Numbered from the whole stretch's first letter, positions 37,160-51,454 are shown. The stretch is 63,547 nucleotides of DNA, filler included, from Rhabdomonas costata (GCA_019059605.1; 49 parts of 49 records of this genome joined end to end with filler, not necessarily neighbours in it); one strand, 5' to 3'. The notes: generated by a model not told the origin, from the sequence alone. Numbers and translations are program-made.

Positions 37160-39807
37160 CTAACCGATACCCACACACCACCATCACATTCATGCGGATT
37201 ACTGCCCATGAGCAGGTATTCACTTTCTGCAGGGTGTCTCAGCAAACCCGCCCCGCGCATCGGGGCATGAAAACGATGGGGCTTGGGACCGCGACCCAAA
37301 CACCACTACCACCGAATCTTGCCCCATTCCAGGGCTCCCCGCACACGTGTGTATACAGAATTTCTGTTGAAATGTTGCATTTGAACAGCTTTGTTGGTGG
37401 GAATCGCTGTCTTCGCAAACGCCGCACTGAAAAGACTACTAACTGACATGGTTTTCTGACATGGCACGCGACTCTGTGTGGTGTTTCAGGAAATTTTCAG
37501 GCTTTTCGGACATTAAACGACCTTACTGAGGGTCATTGCATTGTCAGTAAGGTCGTTTAATGTCCCAAAAACANNNNNNNNNNNNNNNNNNNNNNNNNNN
37601 NNNNNNNNNNNNNNNNNTTAATTAATTAANNNNNNNNNNNNNNNNNNNNNNNNNNNNNNNNNNNNNNNNNNNNGGTTGGTGTTGTTGGTAAACCGTGATG
37701 ATGTATGCGGACTGGCTGCATGAAAAAACTAACTGAGTATAGTTTGCTCCAGGTGGAGCGGACTCATCTTTCAGAGTCAATGTAGCAAACAAGGAAGCCC
37801 TGAGCAATATTAATGCTAAAATAACGTTCTGGATAGTGCCAAACGTATCAATGCCACAAGGTATCCCATTCAGCCGGTTAGAAGAGGTTGCTCTAAAGGC
37901 GGATTTCTGCAGTCACAGCATGTGGTTACATATCTTGTACCAGCTGACATACTTGTGGGAAATTAAAAAGGCCACAATTACCACACCATTTTGCCCCCAA
38001 AACAAAATGACTCCAGAGGAGCTTCTGGTTGACAAAGTCTATACTGCGTTGTAGCAGATGCTAACCGTAACAATTTTACTTCACAACCAAAAGTGCGGTA
38101 ACAAGGTGTCGATTGGATGTATCTCCAGTGAAGCTGGTTTCGAAAGTAGTGGGTGCCATGTGGGCGCCGTGGGTCCCTTCTGGTTAACGTTTTCCGTGAC
38201 CATTTTTGTTTTATAGCTTCTGCGTCTGCTTTGGTTACAGCAAATTTTGCAGTAGATTTAGGATTCAATCCAGAGAGACTCGCTTCTCCTCAGCTATCGT
38301 AACCACTAGGTAGCACCACTGTTAGGAGTCTTAGTGATGAGTAAGGTAAACATGTACGAAGAGACCATTCAAGTGAGCACGATTGACGTCCTGAGTGATC
38401 GCAATGGTCCACAAAACACACCTGATCTGGCGGATGGAATGTCCTGTCTGGGAAAATGCACAGAAAACCGGGTTTTCCAAAACTTCATTTGATATGGGGG
38501 TTCACGTAGTGCTATTGCGCCAACTTATTTATGTAATTGTCGCTGATGTTGAAAGAATTGCTAAATGCCCGCAACAGTTGGAAGTCATTCAAGTAAGTAT
38601 GTTATTAAGAAAACACACTTGAAGCAACTGTTTTCATGTTTCGCATCATTAAGAGCAAAATTAGACAGCGCTTAGCGGATAACTAGCTTAAAATCAAAAC
38701 ATCCGCGTATTTAAATATGGAAACCTACATAATGCCGGCAGCTTACTGCGAATACGCCGCAAATGTCTTTCATAACATAGTAACTTCAAGGTACCCATGT
38801 ACGCGTTTGCCCTCGTAAATTTGGCACCTCATGAAAGTATTCTAATTAATTGGCTAGCACCCAACACACCACNNNNNNNNNNNNNNNNNNNNNNNNNNNN
38901 NNNNNNNNNNNNNNNNTTAATTAATTAANNNNNNNNNNNNNNNNNNNNNNNNNNNNNNNNNNNNNNNNNNNNGGTGGTTTGTTTCACGTTGTGTTTCGGT
39001 TGAACTTTTTCGATAGCGTTTATGCCGGTACGCCCTATGTGCTCTCCGTTCGCCTCCGCAATCGAAAAAGTTCAACCGAAACACAACGTGAAACAAACGG
39101 GTGAAACATCCCCACACTTGTCCTCTAAGAGTGCCAAGAACGGGCCAGCAGCATACAAAGTCACCGGAAGGATGGGGTCAGAATCCCCCCCCTTCCCCGA
39201 ATGCACGCCAGATCGAATTACAAACAAAATTACAACGCTAAACGCGGCCAAGAACAGGGTGGGCTTTTTTGCCAGTTTTTTTTGCAGTGCTTGCAGAGAT
39301 ATGAGGTGTTTCAAAGGGAATTTAAAAATAATGCTCCAAAATCTTCACAAAGATGAGGGGCCAGATCTGACCAAAGGCACAAAGATGAGAGCCAGATCTA
39401 ACCAAGGGTTCCATTGCCTGTGGTCCAATCTCCAAGCCAGCAACCAGGTAGGAAAAATCCAACACAATTCTAATGTAAGCAAATAAGCGAAGGGGAACAG
39501 CACAAAGCGATTTTTTTTATTACAATTCACAGAAATTTAGCGTCAGTCAGAATACAAATAGTGCCCAGTGCCTGCCGAAATTTAACTGCGCACTTTTCAG
39601 CATTTGCAAAAGAAATCCGGCCCTGCAAAACTGTTTAACACACTTAACAGACTGAACTCAAATTAGGCGCCAAATATTCAGAAAAACAAAACAACAGAAA
39701 AACAGAGGGGCACGTGGCCAATAGCACGGAACAACTAATAAACACCCAGCTCTGCTAACCAGGCTTCCACGTCCACCAAGTTTACTCCACGGGGGAAAAA
39801 AGCCGCT

Positions 39808-40171
39808 TTATGCGACAGCGGGAACGGCGGACCCTGGGAAGGGGGTCATGCCGTATGCGGGCACTGAGGCCAGCTCGGTGTCCCCACCGTGCCGAGAGTG
39901 CCTCCCCAGGCGGCGGGCCCCCAGGCCGAACTCCGTGGTGGGGAGAAAACCCTGGGCCGGCGCCACAGGCGGGGCAAAGTTCATTGCCGTGGGCAGAAAG
40001 GGCTGCGCTGGGCCAATCGGATCGGCGGGCATCAGATAGACATAGCCATGGCTATCCGGTGTGGGGCCCTTGTGCGGGGGCGCTGTCGCAGGCTTCGCGC
40101 CCATGTACACCAAAAGGCCCAGGAGAAGCGCCAAGGGGATCAGCAGCAGGGTAAGCAGCGCCAGAAGCGCG
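39808..40171 (-). CDS. C-terminus of a single-pass membrane protein (TM helix plus Pro-rich tail)
   Basis: Hydrophobic ALLALLTLLLIPLALLLGLLVYM followed by a Pro/Ala-rich tail to TAA. Confidence 0.6.
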
Positions 40172-43100
40172 NNNNNNNNNNNNNNNNNNNNNNNNNNNNN
40201 NNNNNNNNNNNNNNNTTAATTAATTAANNNNNNNNNNNNNNNNNNNNNNNNNNNNNNNNNNNNNNNNNNNNGTTGGTGAGATGGTTAGTTGGGATCGTTT
40301 GTATCTACTGTAAATTATTGTAGCTTTTCAGTTTTCGCCGTTTTTTGTCTGCTCTGGTGTGTCCCCATTACACCTTGTTGAACCGTGCTAGAAAAAATGA
40401 CAACATAAGAAGAAAATAGTTTAAAACGAACCCAACTAACCATCTCACCAACGCGCCTTCACCCCTCTTCTTCTCTTTCTCCACTGGTGCGCTCAGCTGT
40501 CCCTAGCCGAATCCCTGACACACACAGTTTCCTTCAAACCCCCATCCTCTCATTTCCTTCTATCAATTCTTTACCGCTGTCTCCATCATCCCTCTCCTAG
40601 GCTGCTTTGCATCTTCTCCATCAGTTTTCCCGTGATCGGAATGGTCCGGTCCACATCATTCACAGTGCGTATTTGAGACTCCAACGTGGAAGGCGCACCC
40701 TTCACACGTCTTGGCGTGGCCGTCGCCTGGGGTGATGAGACTTGCTCATTTATGTTACTTTCAGGCAACGTCGAAACTTCTTGCATCGCTGATGTAATAT
40801 ATAACTGGCTGCAGGCAGAGCAAATTAAGCTGACAGTGACACAGCAATAGTGTTCGTATCATCTATCATACCTATCATAACTGATGAAAAGAGTGTGGTG
40901 GGCGGAAGATATATCAGTCACTGGAAAAACAAATGGATTCTCAACCAGTGGTTCGTTACTCCGTGCGACTGATATATTCCAGACGGGAGGAGATACGTAA
41001 GAGATAACCTCTGCCGTGTATGCCACAGAACCACGACCAACTGGAAGTAATGCTGCAACCGTGGTAGGATCTGCGTGCTCTGCAACTGGCGTGCAGACTC
41101 GAGCTCTGCCGCATGCAATTGACTGCAATTGACTGCAAATGACTGTGCTCATCTGTTTGGTAGGCTCTGAGCTGCTGGCCTACTTTGCCACTGAAAGCTG
41201 TGCCCGCTTAGTCCCCTGGGCGATGAATCTCTGGTGGACAGCTACTCCGCGACTTTTTTGTAAAAACAAAAACAACACAAACAAACGGGAAAAATATCAC
41301 ACATAGGTCGGCGGCGGTGAGTTCACGCCGAAGGCGGCTTGGGGATATTGAGTCGGGGCTAGGACAGCGGAGCCGTTTTATTCTTTGACTTAGGGAGTTT
41401 TGATGTTCATTTTCCCCCCGAAGAAACTTACCTTTCTCCGAAACACTGAATCACCCTCACCCACACAAACNNNNNNNNNNNNNNNNNNNNNNNNNNNNNN
41501 NNNNNNNNNNNNNNTTAATTAATTAANNNNNNNNNNNNNNNNNNNNNNNNNNNNNNNNNNNNNNNNNNNNTTTGTGTTGGATTTGGTTGCGGTTCCTTCA
41601 CGCACACGCACATACAGATGAGGAGGGCCCCACGGCGCCAACATCTGTATGTGCGTGTGCGTGAAGGAACCGCAACCAAATCCATCGCAGACCAGCTACA
41701 CCAGAGCCATAGCCATCACCATCGCCCGGTGATATTTGTTGTAGGTAGCACCCCAAACCATCGCTGCAGACCATAAAAACTCTCAGCATCATCTCAGAAA
41801 AACGGGTAAGAATGTGTGCTTTCTGCCTTGCCCTTGCATACTCGGAGAAGACACCGGCGGAGTGAATGGCGCCGGCGACGTGGGCTCGTGAGGAGCACCC
41901 TCTGTGGACCAAAGAGGCATGGTGAACCTCAACGGAAAATTCTTTACATTTCTGGGAAAGAAGGCCGTGGAATTGCTCAACTAAGTCAAGGACACACAAA
42001 GTTACCATTCTTCTATGTATATTGAGGTGACATTTCCTTCAGAATTCTCCGGCAGGCCTGTTTTTTGGGTTCACGACAGTTGAACAAGTCGGTTTCGGTG
42101 TGTCATGAATACGCTTATTGGAAAAAGACATACCCGCAGCTTTGTCGTCGCGTGCTCTCCTGCCCCGTCGAGCCATCACAGGATGCTCTGAAAGCAGCAG
42201 AAAACCCAACAAAAAAGAAACAGCGCCTCTAGTAGGATACTACCCCAGCAGGGGGGAAGGGACTAACGTCAGGTGCCAAAAATGAGAGAGGAATCTGAGA
42301 GAGGGAAAAATGGGGAGGCAGGGTTAGGGCTGCTCCTTCTGCCCAACACACCCAGCAAAGCCCCCCGAAGACTTCAACTCAAACAGAAAGAAACAAAAAT
42401 AGGCGGAAAAGTATTGGCGCGCAAACCTGTTTCCATTGCAAATATTTACCGGAGAACCCAGAAACGCCAAAATTGACGATAAAGGGGGAAATAGCGACAG
42501 CAGAGCTGCACAAAGAAAACCCAATCCGAAGTGCTTTCTCAAAATCGCATCAAACACGATATTTACTGGGTTTCTCCCGACTTTCAGGACACTTTCTGCT
42601 TGACCTTGTTCACTTACTTTTCATCCTACGCCCGACACCCCAATCCTTTCTTTTTTCTTTCTCCACCAGCAACAGTGAAGAGCTAGAATTCCCCTCTGTC
42701 GCGTTCCCGGCTTCATCGGTCGCTTTTCGTCAGTCTACTCTATTTAAAGTCCATCGACTCCCCCACACCNNNNNNNNNNNNNNNNNNNNNNNNNNNNNNN
42801 NNNNNNNNNNNNNTTAATTAATTAANNNNNNNNNNNNNNNNNNNNNNNNNNNNNNNNNNNNNNNNNNNNGGTGGGTGGGGTTTGTGCTAATTTTGCCTTC
42901 TTACCTTTAGCGTTGTCATCGTGAGCACTTGAACCACCAGCACCGTCAAACACGAATTTTCCGGGTTTTTTGGTGGATCGGAGTGCCAGTACCCAGTACA
43001 ATGTGTTTTCAAAAGGGTGGATCGGCTTACTGTGTCAGTGCCATGAAAGATTAGAAGTTTAAAGTTTTTCTGTCGCTTGCGGTTTGGCGGTGGAGGCCAA

Positions 43101-45010
43101 CCGGTGACCGGTGACGCGGCCGAAGTGGGTCGGTGAGGCGGGAGGTGGCCTCGGGTGTGGGCATGCAGAAATTTGCCTTTTGACTAGTGGTGTCACCGTT
43201 AAACCGACCAACAACACAAAATGTCGAGCACAGTAAAGTTTCATTCGTTTTGGTGAAGTTACTTTCCGAGTACCAGGGCGGCCACGCAATTGTGCCAGTA
43301 TCCAATTCACGATGTTGTTGTGTTGTTCGGTTTTGCTGTTTCAGTGCCCAAAAGGAGTTTAGTTTAAAGTTTTTCAACCGTTTAACTGTGCTAAAAATAA
43401 TCAAGCAGTGCACTGGCTTCGGAAAATGCAATTTAATTCTAACTGCTGGGCAAGGGAGAAGAAATGCAGCGTGGAAAGGAAGAGTGCACATCGAGCATCG
43501 GGTGGTCTGTGGTGAAAAGGGTAGTTGGTGATCAAGGAAGTGGGGCAACCATTTATGGGAAATAGACCGAGAAGAATACTTGTCTCACCCCACACCCCTA
43601 GACTTCAGCAGGTGGACGCCAGGATGCGGCTGCAGCGGGACTACGTCATTGAGCCGGGACTTTGCTCTGGAACAGAGGAACCGCGCAGCAAAGCGCAACG
43701 AAAACACGAAGAGAGAAGAGAGAAGCCCTGAAAGCGACCCCCACTTGCCCCCGAAAAAGGCGGATGGGTGGAGGTCGAAAAATGAGTATGGTTTAGTGGT
43801 TTTAAACGACCTGAATGAACTACTACTACCACCACCGAAAAATGCAAGCAGAGCAATGCCATCGCAGGGTGGTACTCTGCGTGTTTTACGTTAGAGTATG
43901 CTCTGCAACGTTGCGGAGATTTCGAAGGAGTGTCTCAAGCAACGCCAGAAAGAGGTCCTGAGTATTTGGCAGGGGAAAGCTTACTGCACCCTTGATCTCG
44001 TTTCATTGTACCTTCTGGGTGTGTTATACACATCGCACATAACATTCACAACTTTTTGAAAACACCACNNNNNNNNNNNNNNNNNNNNNNNNNNNNNNNN
44101 NNNNNNNNNNNNTTAATTAATTAANNNNNNNNNNNNNNNNNNNNNNNNNNNNNNNNNNNNNNNNNNNNGTGTGTGTGTCACCTCAGAGGAAGCGGCTTCG
44201 AACAGTCATCTCTGAGCTGACACGAACAATTAAAAACGTTATTTATGCCACCAGGTTCAACTTTTGTGGTGGCGGCGCAGTAGGTCAAGCGCCAATTAGT
44301 TGGGGGGCTTTGTTGGAGCTTTCTTTTTCCGGGTCACGCAAAGTCAACCGCAACGAAGAAAAGAGAGCAGCAAGACAATGTTAGGCGATTGAGTGCGGTT
44401 TAGTTCCGTTTGTTGACGTGACTTGGCATCGCCCTCTCCCTTCCTGTTTGCAACTGAGGTTCTGAGGTCCAGTCTTCCCAGGTGTTACGCTTTAGCAAGG
44501 GCAGTGCATTGCCCGCGCCGTGGGTTCTGAACGGTTTCCCGACATCCCCACTTCACTCCCTGTGCCAAGAGTTCTTACCTCTCAGCCAAGGCAACAATGA
44601 CAATAGAGACCGCCCTGAACCCACACATTGTGAACATTGCGAAGAGAGGCTCATTTTGCCAAAACTCGACGCGATCCTCGAAGTGTCTGGAAAAGATTGC
44701 ATGCCACAAACAATCGAACTCAGAACTCAGGGCGCTCCGGTCCAGCCAGCGGTTTTAAGCCTTGTGGGGGGAAAACAGTGCCGTAAACACCTGCTCATAT
44801 TTATCGCGCGACAACCTTGTACTCTTAAAGTGGTGACGTGAAGTGGGTTGTTTGTGGTACCTCAAAGTCATCCCCCCCCCCCAACAAAATAAGAAAAACG
44901 TTGGGGACAAGTCACAAGCAGTTGTGCATGCGTAAAAGCGACCCATGTCAAAGAAGCTGATTGGCGCCACCTCCATAAAAACAGTATAGAATTAGCGACG
45001 TCAGCGAGCA

Positions 45011-45360
45011 TCAGCCGCTTTGTTGCCCAGGCCCCTCGCTCCTCCGCAGGACCTCCCCAAGCACAGCCCCGTACCGCGCCGCGTCCGTGCCAAGCAGCTG
45101 GACATGCTTCGCAGCCTCAAACACCTCCACAGCTGGCACCTGCATACCACCATTTGCCAGACCCTGCTGTTGGCTGCGCTGAAGCAGAAGGCTGCGGAAG
45201 TGTTCGACGTGCGTTGGGGAGATAAGGACGTCCCGCCCGGCGGCCAAAAAGGTTACCGCGGACACCCCCACCCCCATCAGCGTGGGGTTGAAAAGAAGGT
45301 CTATGAGGGAGTTGATGGTGGTGTCCCAGGCCATTCCCTCGGGATACAGCTCTTGAAAAC
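45011..45360 (-). CDS. C-terminus of an alpha/beta-hydrolase-fold protein (DUF829/TMEM53-like)
   Basis: FLAAGRDVLISPTHVEHF...VEVFEAAKHVQLL...RY resembles the D.L+...VE.F and F..S.HV...Y motifs. Confidence 0.6.
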
Positions 45361-46429
45361 CCCAACCNNNNNNNNNNNNNNNNNNNNNNNNNNNNNNNNN
45401 NNNNNNNNNNNTTAATTAATTAANNNNNNNNNNNNNNNNNNNNNNNNNNNNNNNNNNNNNNNNNNNNTGTGTTTTTAACTTTGAACAGGTCTTTCAGTCC
45501 GAACACGTCACTTTGAATGCCCCCCCCCCATTTTTTACATTTTCGAGAGTTTTTATCAGTTCTGTCAAGTGGAGATTTTTGGTTTCGGATGAGAGTCAGT
45601 TACTTCTGAAAAGCGTCCACTTCCAATGTGCATTGTCTTCTTTTAATCTGCCTTGTGCAGATGGAGGGCTTTCTCTTCATCAAAGTTTGTGCGTTGGGGG
45701 GTCTGCAGGGACTTACCTCAAATTTCAGCAAGCTGCTGGATTCGTTGGATATGCCCAGGCTGAAGGACTACGGAATCTGTCCTGGATGCAAAGGTGTGTT
45801 TTTGCCTCCCACCTTCTCCCAAGTCAGCCCTTCACATCTGAACATGGCTGGCGTTGAAAACGTCCGGAAATGACCGCTATCCGACCGCATTGTTGGTGGC
45901 TCCCAGTAGTCCTTGTGATCCCCTCCTAACAGCCGATACGTTTTATGGGGTGCTGGACAAGAGTGAAGGCAATCAAAACGACAGCACAAGTTGTCGCGGA
46001 ATCGTTGCAGCAGGTGTGCAACTTTTCCTTAGATAACTTCGACATTCCAAAAGTTTGTCGTTATAAGTGGCGAAGGCGTCCCATCCCATCCGCGCAGCAG
46101 AAAATGATGTCAAACTACCGCGTAGCAATTGCGGTAATCATACCCAATGCGCGCTTTAAGATGCTCATTTCCCGAATTTTTGTGTGAACATAGAGGTCAA
46201 CGGAGTAAAAAAAAGCTTTTTTAGAAAGTTTAGGTAGATTGCTTGGGTTCTGTTTTCACTGGTTTGGAACTGTTTGGTTCCGGAGGGAAAGGTGGTGCCC
46301 GAGATACTGAAAGCAGGAGCTCCAGGAATAGGATCGGGTGAGGGAAAGTGGAAGTCCCTTCCATGGAAGAGCAATGTCCCAACCAAGTTGTGTGTGGGAC
46401 CTCCTTTTTGGGGTGGGGGTTACTCGCAG

Positions 46430-46581
46430 TCTTTGTTTCGAAGGAGCTGTACGAGAAGCACCGCACCTTACCCAAGTGCCGGCCAGAGGGCAGCCCCGAG
46501 TTGCCTTCCTTTGAGAACATTACCAAGCTTACCAAAGAGATCATCGCCAGAAGGGCCGACGAGTTTTTCTTAACGAAGAAG
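46430..46581 (+). CDS. Exon of an unidentified protein, weakly PX-domain-like
   Basis: AG/GT bounded; KELYEKHRTLPKCRPEGSPELPSFENITKLTKEIIARRADEFF. Confidence 0.35.
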
Positions 46582-47047
46582 GTTGAAGAGAGTCGTAGCT
46601 CCTTCCTCTGCGTGGCTGCCTCATTTCTCCCTTTTGGTTGATGGACACTCACTAAGCCAACATAATNNNNNNNNNNNNNNNNNNNNNNNNNNNNNNNNNN
46701 NNNNNNNNNNTTAATTAATTAANNNNNNNNNNNNNNNNNNNNNNNNNNNNNNNNNNNNNNNNNNNNGGGTGGTGGTGGTAGTTCCAAAGCATCACAAATG
46801 TTTTGGAAACATCTTGAAACAATGGGGAAAGGACTGTGCGCGTGATGAGCGCCTAGGATTCTGTCAGATGCTGCCGTAAGGGGTCTCTGGGTTCTCTGGA
46901 ACGTGTTCTGCGCTGATGGAAATAGCACTTGCACGGAAGAGGTTGGCTGATGTGACAAATGGACGCCTCACAAGGCATGCATGGTATTGAAAGATGAGAA
47001 GTTGGTGCACAGCACGCGAAGGTAACAATAAGCTAAGGGGAGGAGGC

Positions 47048-47360
47048 TTTTCCTTTCGAGTCCATCGCTTGACATTGGCGTACTTGTACTCGCGGCCTCC
47101 GCCTGAAAGCTTCTCGTAGAAGAATGTGTTGAAGAAGTAGCACTTCGGAAACCCTATCATACATTGCCAAGAAGGTCGATTGCAAAAATCCCAAAATAAG
47201 GACATAAACTTGCGGATGCCAAAATTTCTTGCAAAATTCGTTGAGTTAACAAATTACACGGCTTCCCACTCGAGCTAGTTTCAGCAGACAGCACGGCAAA
47301 AAAAAACGAACCAGGGCGCTCGCTGCGCTGCTTCAGAAGCTCCAGGTACAGGTTAATAAC
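47048..47360 (-). CDS. ULP1: Ulp1/SENP (peptidase C48) SUMO protease, two exons (47360-47312, 47153 to about 47050)
   Basis: VINLYLELLKQRS and CYFFNTFFYEKL...YANVKRWTRK are hallmark C48 motifs, joined by a phase-1 GT-AG intron. Confidence 0.9.
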
Positions 47361-48770
47361 CTGATGCCGGGGAAGGGGGAGAGGGCATTGCCACAAAAAC
47401 GTTCACGATCCCTTCCTTCGGATCATCAAATGAAAATTGTGGAAAACAAGCTTTCACACACACCAGCCTCCGGACTCTGCGCATCGCCCTCAAAAACTTG
47501 CTGCTTTTTCTTCTCGAGAGTATCAAGTGAAAGGTTCCACTGCAAAAACGCACCTTACGCCGACGATTTCAAAAAATCATGGGGGGAGGGGAGGGGAGAA
47601 GCCATCTATTGAGAAATCGCAGGGTTTCGGGGTGACCAATGAAAATACGAAGACCCCGGGCCTGCTTCGGCTTCGTCCTCTGAACTTTGGATGAATTGTT
47701 TTTTAATAAAAACTCTCAAAGCTCGAAGAGAAAACATCGTCACATCGTCGCGTTCATTTCGCCTCCCAGGAAGTATTCAGTTCAGATGCCTAATTTTTTC
47801 TTTTGTTGCGCTTCAACCCCTGGTTTTTCATACTGTCTGCACATGGCCCTAGGTGTCAACAAAGCATTTCCAAAAATCTCATGGTATACGCGACTATCCC
47901 CATGGGTGATTACATTCGGGAGGACTACTTTTTCTCACAAAACCTGTGTCAAGTCAAAAACCAACNNNNNNNNNNNNNNNNNNNNNNNNNNNNNNNNNNN
48001 NNNNNNNNNTTAATTAATTAANNNNNNNNNNNNNNNNNNNNNNNNNNNNNNNNNNNNNNNNNNNNGTTGGTGGTGCCCGAGATGGGGAGAACCACATACT
48101 CCGGTGTAAGGGCAGGCTGAATGAGGCGAGAAAAGGAGCCCCCCAGAAAGGGCAGCGAGGAGCGGAAAGCCGGCGGTGAGACAGGAATAGCCCGGTACAG
48201 CAGGAGAGAAGGGGAGAATGGCAGCGGGAATTGGGAGACGAGAGGGGGACAAAAGGGTGAGGAAGCATGCCGGAGGGCCTACGAGGCACGAAGAGAAGCC
48301 CAAGCAAGAGGAGAGTGGAGAGAAGTGAAGACAAATGGCCTCAGGGACAGCCCACAAGGGCAGTCGGGCCCAAGGGGACGTGTACGAGCGCGGAAGTTTG
48401 GTTACACACAAAGAGACCTCTAAACGCGCCAATCGGGGTTCCCAAAGCCCCGCGTACATTGTTTATCAAGGGTCACATGGGGTAAGCTAACCCCACGTGA
48501 CAATGAGAGAGAAACAAAGCACGATGGACGAGAGAGGTGTGAGGTCTGATAGGCCTATGCCCCATCGAAAGTTGGGAGCCCAGGGGCAGGTGGACCTGGA
48601 GTACTTGCCAGAAAAAATTCACACTTGTCAGGTGCACCAAGTGTGTGTGTGTGTGTGTGTGTGTCCGTGTGTGTTTGCGGGAGGGTCCTCACACAAAAAG
48701 TGCAAAGGAATATGAAATTTCGCAAATGGCTCATTTATTTTTGTACCCCTGGGTCTTTTGTGCCCCTCAG

Positions 48771-49121
48771 ACGAAAGTTTCCACCCTTGGCGAGGTGGAG
48801 TCCTCCCTCAAGCAGGATGACTTCCTACAGTCCAGGGTGGTCATATTTCCGGGTTCGCGCTCGTGTCCATGTGCGCACTCTTGGGCTGCACACACTTTTT
48901 GATGCAACGATTCCCTCAACTCCTGGCACGGAACGTACTCGCACGGTCTCGCACGAAGCGTTGTAGAAACGTAGTACGCTCTCTCTTGAGAAACGCAGGC
49001 TCACGCTCAAACATCCACACAACGACGGCATCGAAGATGTCGCACTGCATTGCGGCTGCACCCGCATGGAGCGGAACCGCCTCAACCAAGCCCGCAACAG
49101 GATGATGGCTGATTTCTTCAG
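48771..49121 (+). CDS. Two exons of an unidentified protein (48771-48829, 48999-49121)
   Basis: A phase-2 GT-AG join gives TKVSTLGEVESSLKQDDFLQLTLKHPHNDGIEDVALHCGCTRMERNRLNQARNRMMADFF; probably ends at AG|GC. Confidence 0.5.
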
Positions 49122-49397
49122 GCGTTTGACGCGGCTTCATCCCCTCACTGAGTTGCACGTGCCCTCGCTGGTTCCGTATGGCAGCTTTACGGGAGTAAAT
49201 TCACTCCATTCCCTCGCTGCACCGCGAGCTGCTGCAGTTCCTGTGGCACCTCCACCCCACCCCCNNNNNNNNNNNNNNNNNNNNNNNNNNNNNNNNNNNN
49301 NNNNNNNNTTAATTAATTAANNNNNNNNNNNNNNNNNNNNNNNNNNNNNNNNNNNNNNNNNNNNTTGTTGGGGGTAGAACCGCAGCGACAGCCTTAC

Positions 49398-49885
49398 CAG
49401 GGCCGTAGCCTGGATCAGCGCCGCGGGGTCGTGACAGATCACCTGGGCGTTTGCGGGTTGGTTGGCAGAGTTGGGGCTCGGGCAATATGTCCATTTGGGA
49501 TGGAATATCACTTAGAGTAGAGTTGGGGCTGTGTAGCATGGCTTCAGGGATGTGAACCACAAAGCACATTAGGGCTGTGCAACACTATCAACCTCCACAA
49601 AACGAGAAGGGCATGTGTTGTTGGGTAATTGCTTTGATGATGACAAAGTTAGGGAAAGGATCACCATCACAGATCAAAAAGAAAGGAAAAGAAAAAAAGA
49701 AAAGCACGGCATGCCTGGCCCATCAGGCGCGGGGGCAGCGGGAACTTCGGGGAATACATCTCCAGCGCAGAGACCAGCGAGGACGCTCCCAGAGAGGAGG
49801 ACATCTGCAGTCGCCGACGGCGCGGAGGCGCAGGCCCCGCGGTGTTGACGTCATCGAGAAGAGTGAGAACGTCCTCCAAGTTCAT
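49398..49885 (-). CDS. First two exons of an unidentified protein (49885-49715, 49442-49398)
   Basis: ATG at 49885, then a CAG|GC...CAG phase-0 join to VICHDPAALIQATAL, which ends at a GTAAG donor. Confidence 0.55.
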
Positions 49886-50674
49886 GATTCACAAGTCAAG
49901 CACGGTCAGCAAACGTGGCGCAGAACGACGAAACGCGCAAAAGACTGACTTGTGGAGACCTTTCAAAATTTACAACATGCGGTCGTTGGTGGTGGTGTCG
50001 CGACACATCGAACACATCGAAAACACCATCACGTAGAAAAAGGTAAGGCAAAAGAGCAACACAACAAACACACAACGTTCTGATCATGAAATAGGGAGGA
50101 GCGGAGCTTTACTCTGAATTGGATTTCAAGACACTTGTGCTACGAGAAGGTGGGTCCCCACGGAAGGGAAGATGGGAACATGGACCCGAACGCATCAAAC
50201 CACATAGCGTTTCCTCAAAAGCTGATGCCGTGGCGTATACAGCCTGGACGCATCGACGCACAGACAAGCTTTGCGAGTTTTTCAGTCGTGGACGTGTGCC
50301 GCAGACGAAGTTGTGGAGGGTTGACCCAATTGGACACGCCTTCCTCCAAATCCCACTATTTTTTTACTTCCTGTATCTGAGCCAAGCGAAGATGTCCTCC
50401 CTCTCTGGTGCTATACTTGATTTTAGCACAGCCAGCAATTGAAATGCTGGCTGTGCGCAGCTATTTATCAAGTCGAGAAATACACAATAAATCAAGCCAA
50501 ATCGAGCCAAAAAAAAGAAAACAGGAAACAAAAGACAGAACAAATCTCTGTGCCATACCACAANNNNNNNNNNNNNNNNNNNNNNNNNNNNNNNNNNNNN
50601 NNNNNNNTTAATTAATTAANNNNNNNNNNNNNNNNNNNNNNNNNNNNNNNNNNNNNNNNNNNNTGTGGGGGGGT

Positions 50675-51454
50675 GGTCAGCTTCGCCGAGGACGCCGATA
50701 GCACGGGCACCAAATCATCAAGTTCTGCCAAGGTGTTCTTCCGGTTAACCTGAGAGTGCGTTTTTGCGTGAATGTGAGGAGAATTAAAAAAATGGAGAAT
50801 TATTATTTTCAAAAGATTTTTTTTTAAATTTCATAAATTTCTTTTTGTGTCTACGGCGTTATAACGCAAAGTAGTGCTAAACGTTTTCAGCCGTCGTGAA
50901 CTTTTATGGAATAGTTGCTGCTCAGCTTTGGCGGAGGAGTGGATCAGCGTTATATGAAAGTCCATGTTCCGAATTTCGGTCAGGGGAGCCGCTGCTTTGT
51001 GGCCGCCTCACATCACACACAAACCTAAAAAAAACATCGCCAGCCGAATATCAAACCAAGTCACCTGTCCTCCAATGCATGCAACGGAGTCCTGCAATAC
51101 GATAGGCACTGGGAAGTCATAGGATTCCAACACCCGCAACGTGTGACCTGGGCAGACGGCACAGTGAATCTACAGAGGGGTAGTAAATGTATACGAAAGT
51201 GAAAATCAGCGCCTTGGCAGGATGTCTGTACACAAGAGGGGAGGAGAGGGGAGAACGAGGGAGAGAAATGCGACCTTGCGGTTGAGGATGTCGTACTCGG
51301 CGTTCCACACATCGGCGCGGAACTGCAGGCGGATGTTGGGGACGTTGGACTTGTCGTAGTCATTGTCCTCGATCTCCTCGGCGTAGGCCTGCCCTAGCCA
51401 CCGCGACTTCACCTGGTGCTCAAACCCCGAGATCAGCACGGAGTTCCGCGCGAC
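50675..51454 (-). CDS. Two exons of an unidentified, strongly codon-biased protein (51454-51275, 50749 to about 50675)
   Basis: A 180-nt AG/GT exon VARNSVLISGFEHQVKSRW...IRLQFRADVWNAEYDILNRK joins in phase 0 to VNRKNTLAELDDLVPV. Confidence 0.7.

Noticed and set aside
47046..47053. Possible GA-AG or non-conventional donor after Ulp1 RWTRK
   Set aside because: A GC donor 5 nt further on explains it equally well, and the next exon is not securely visible.
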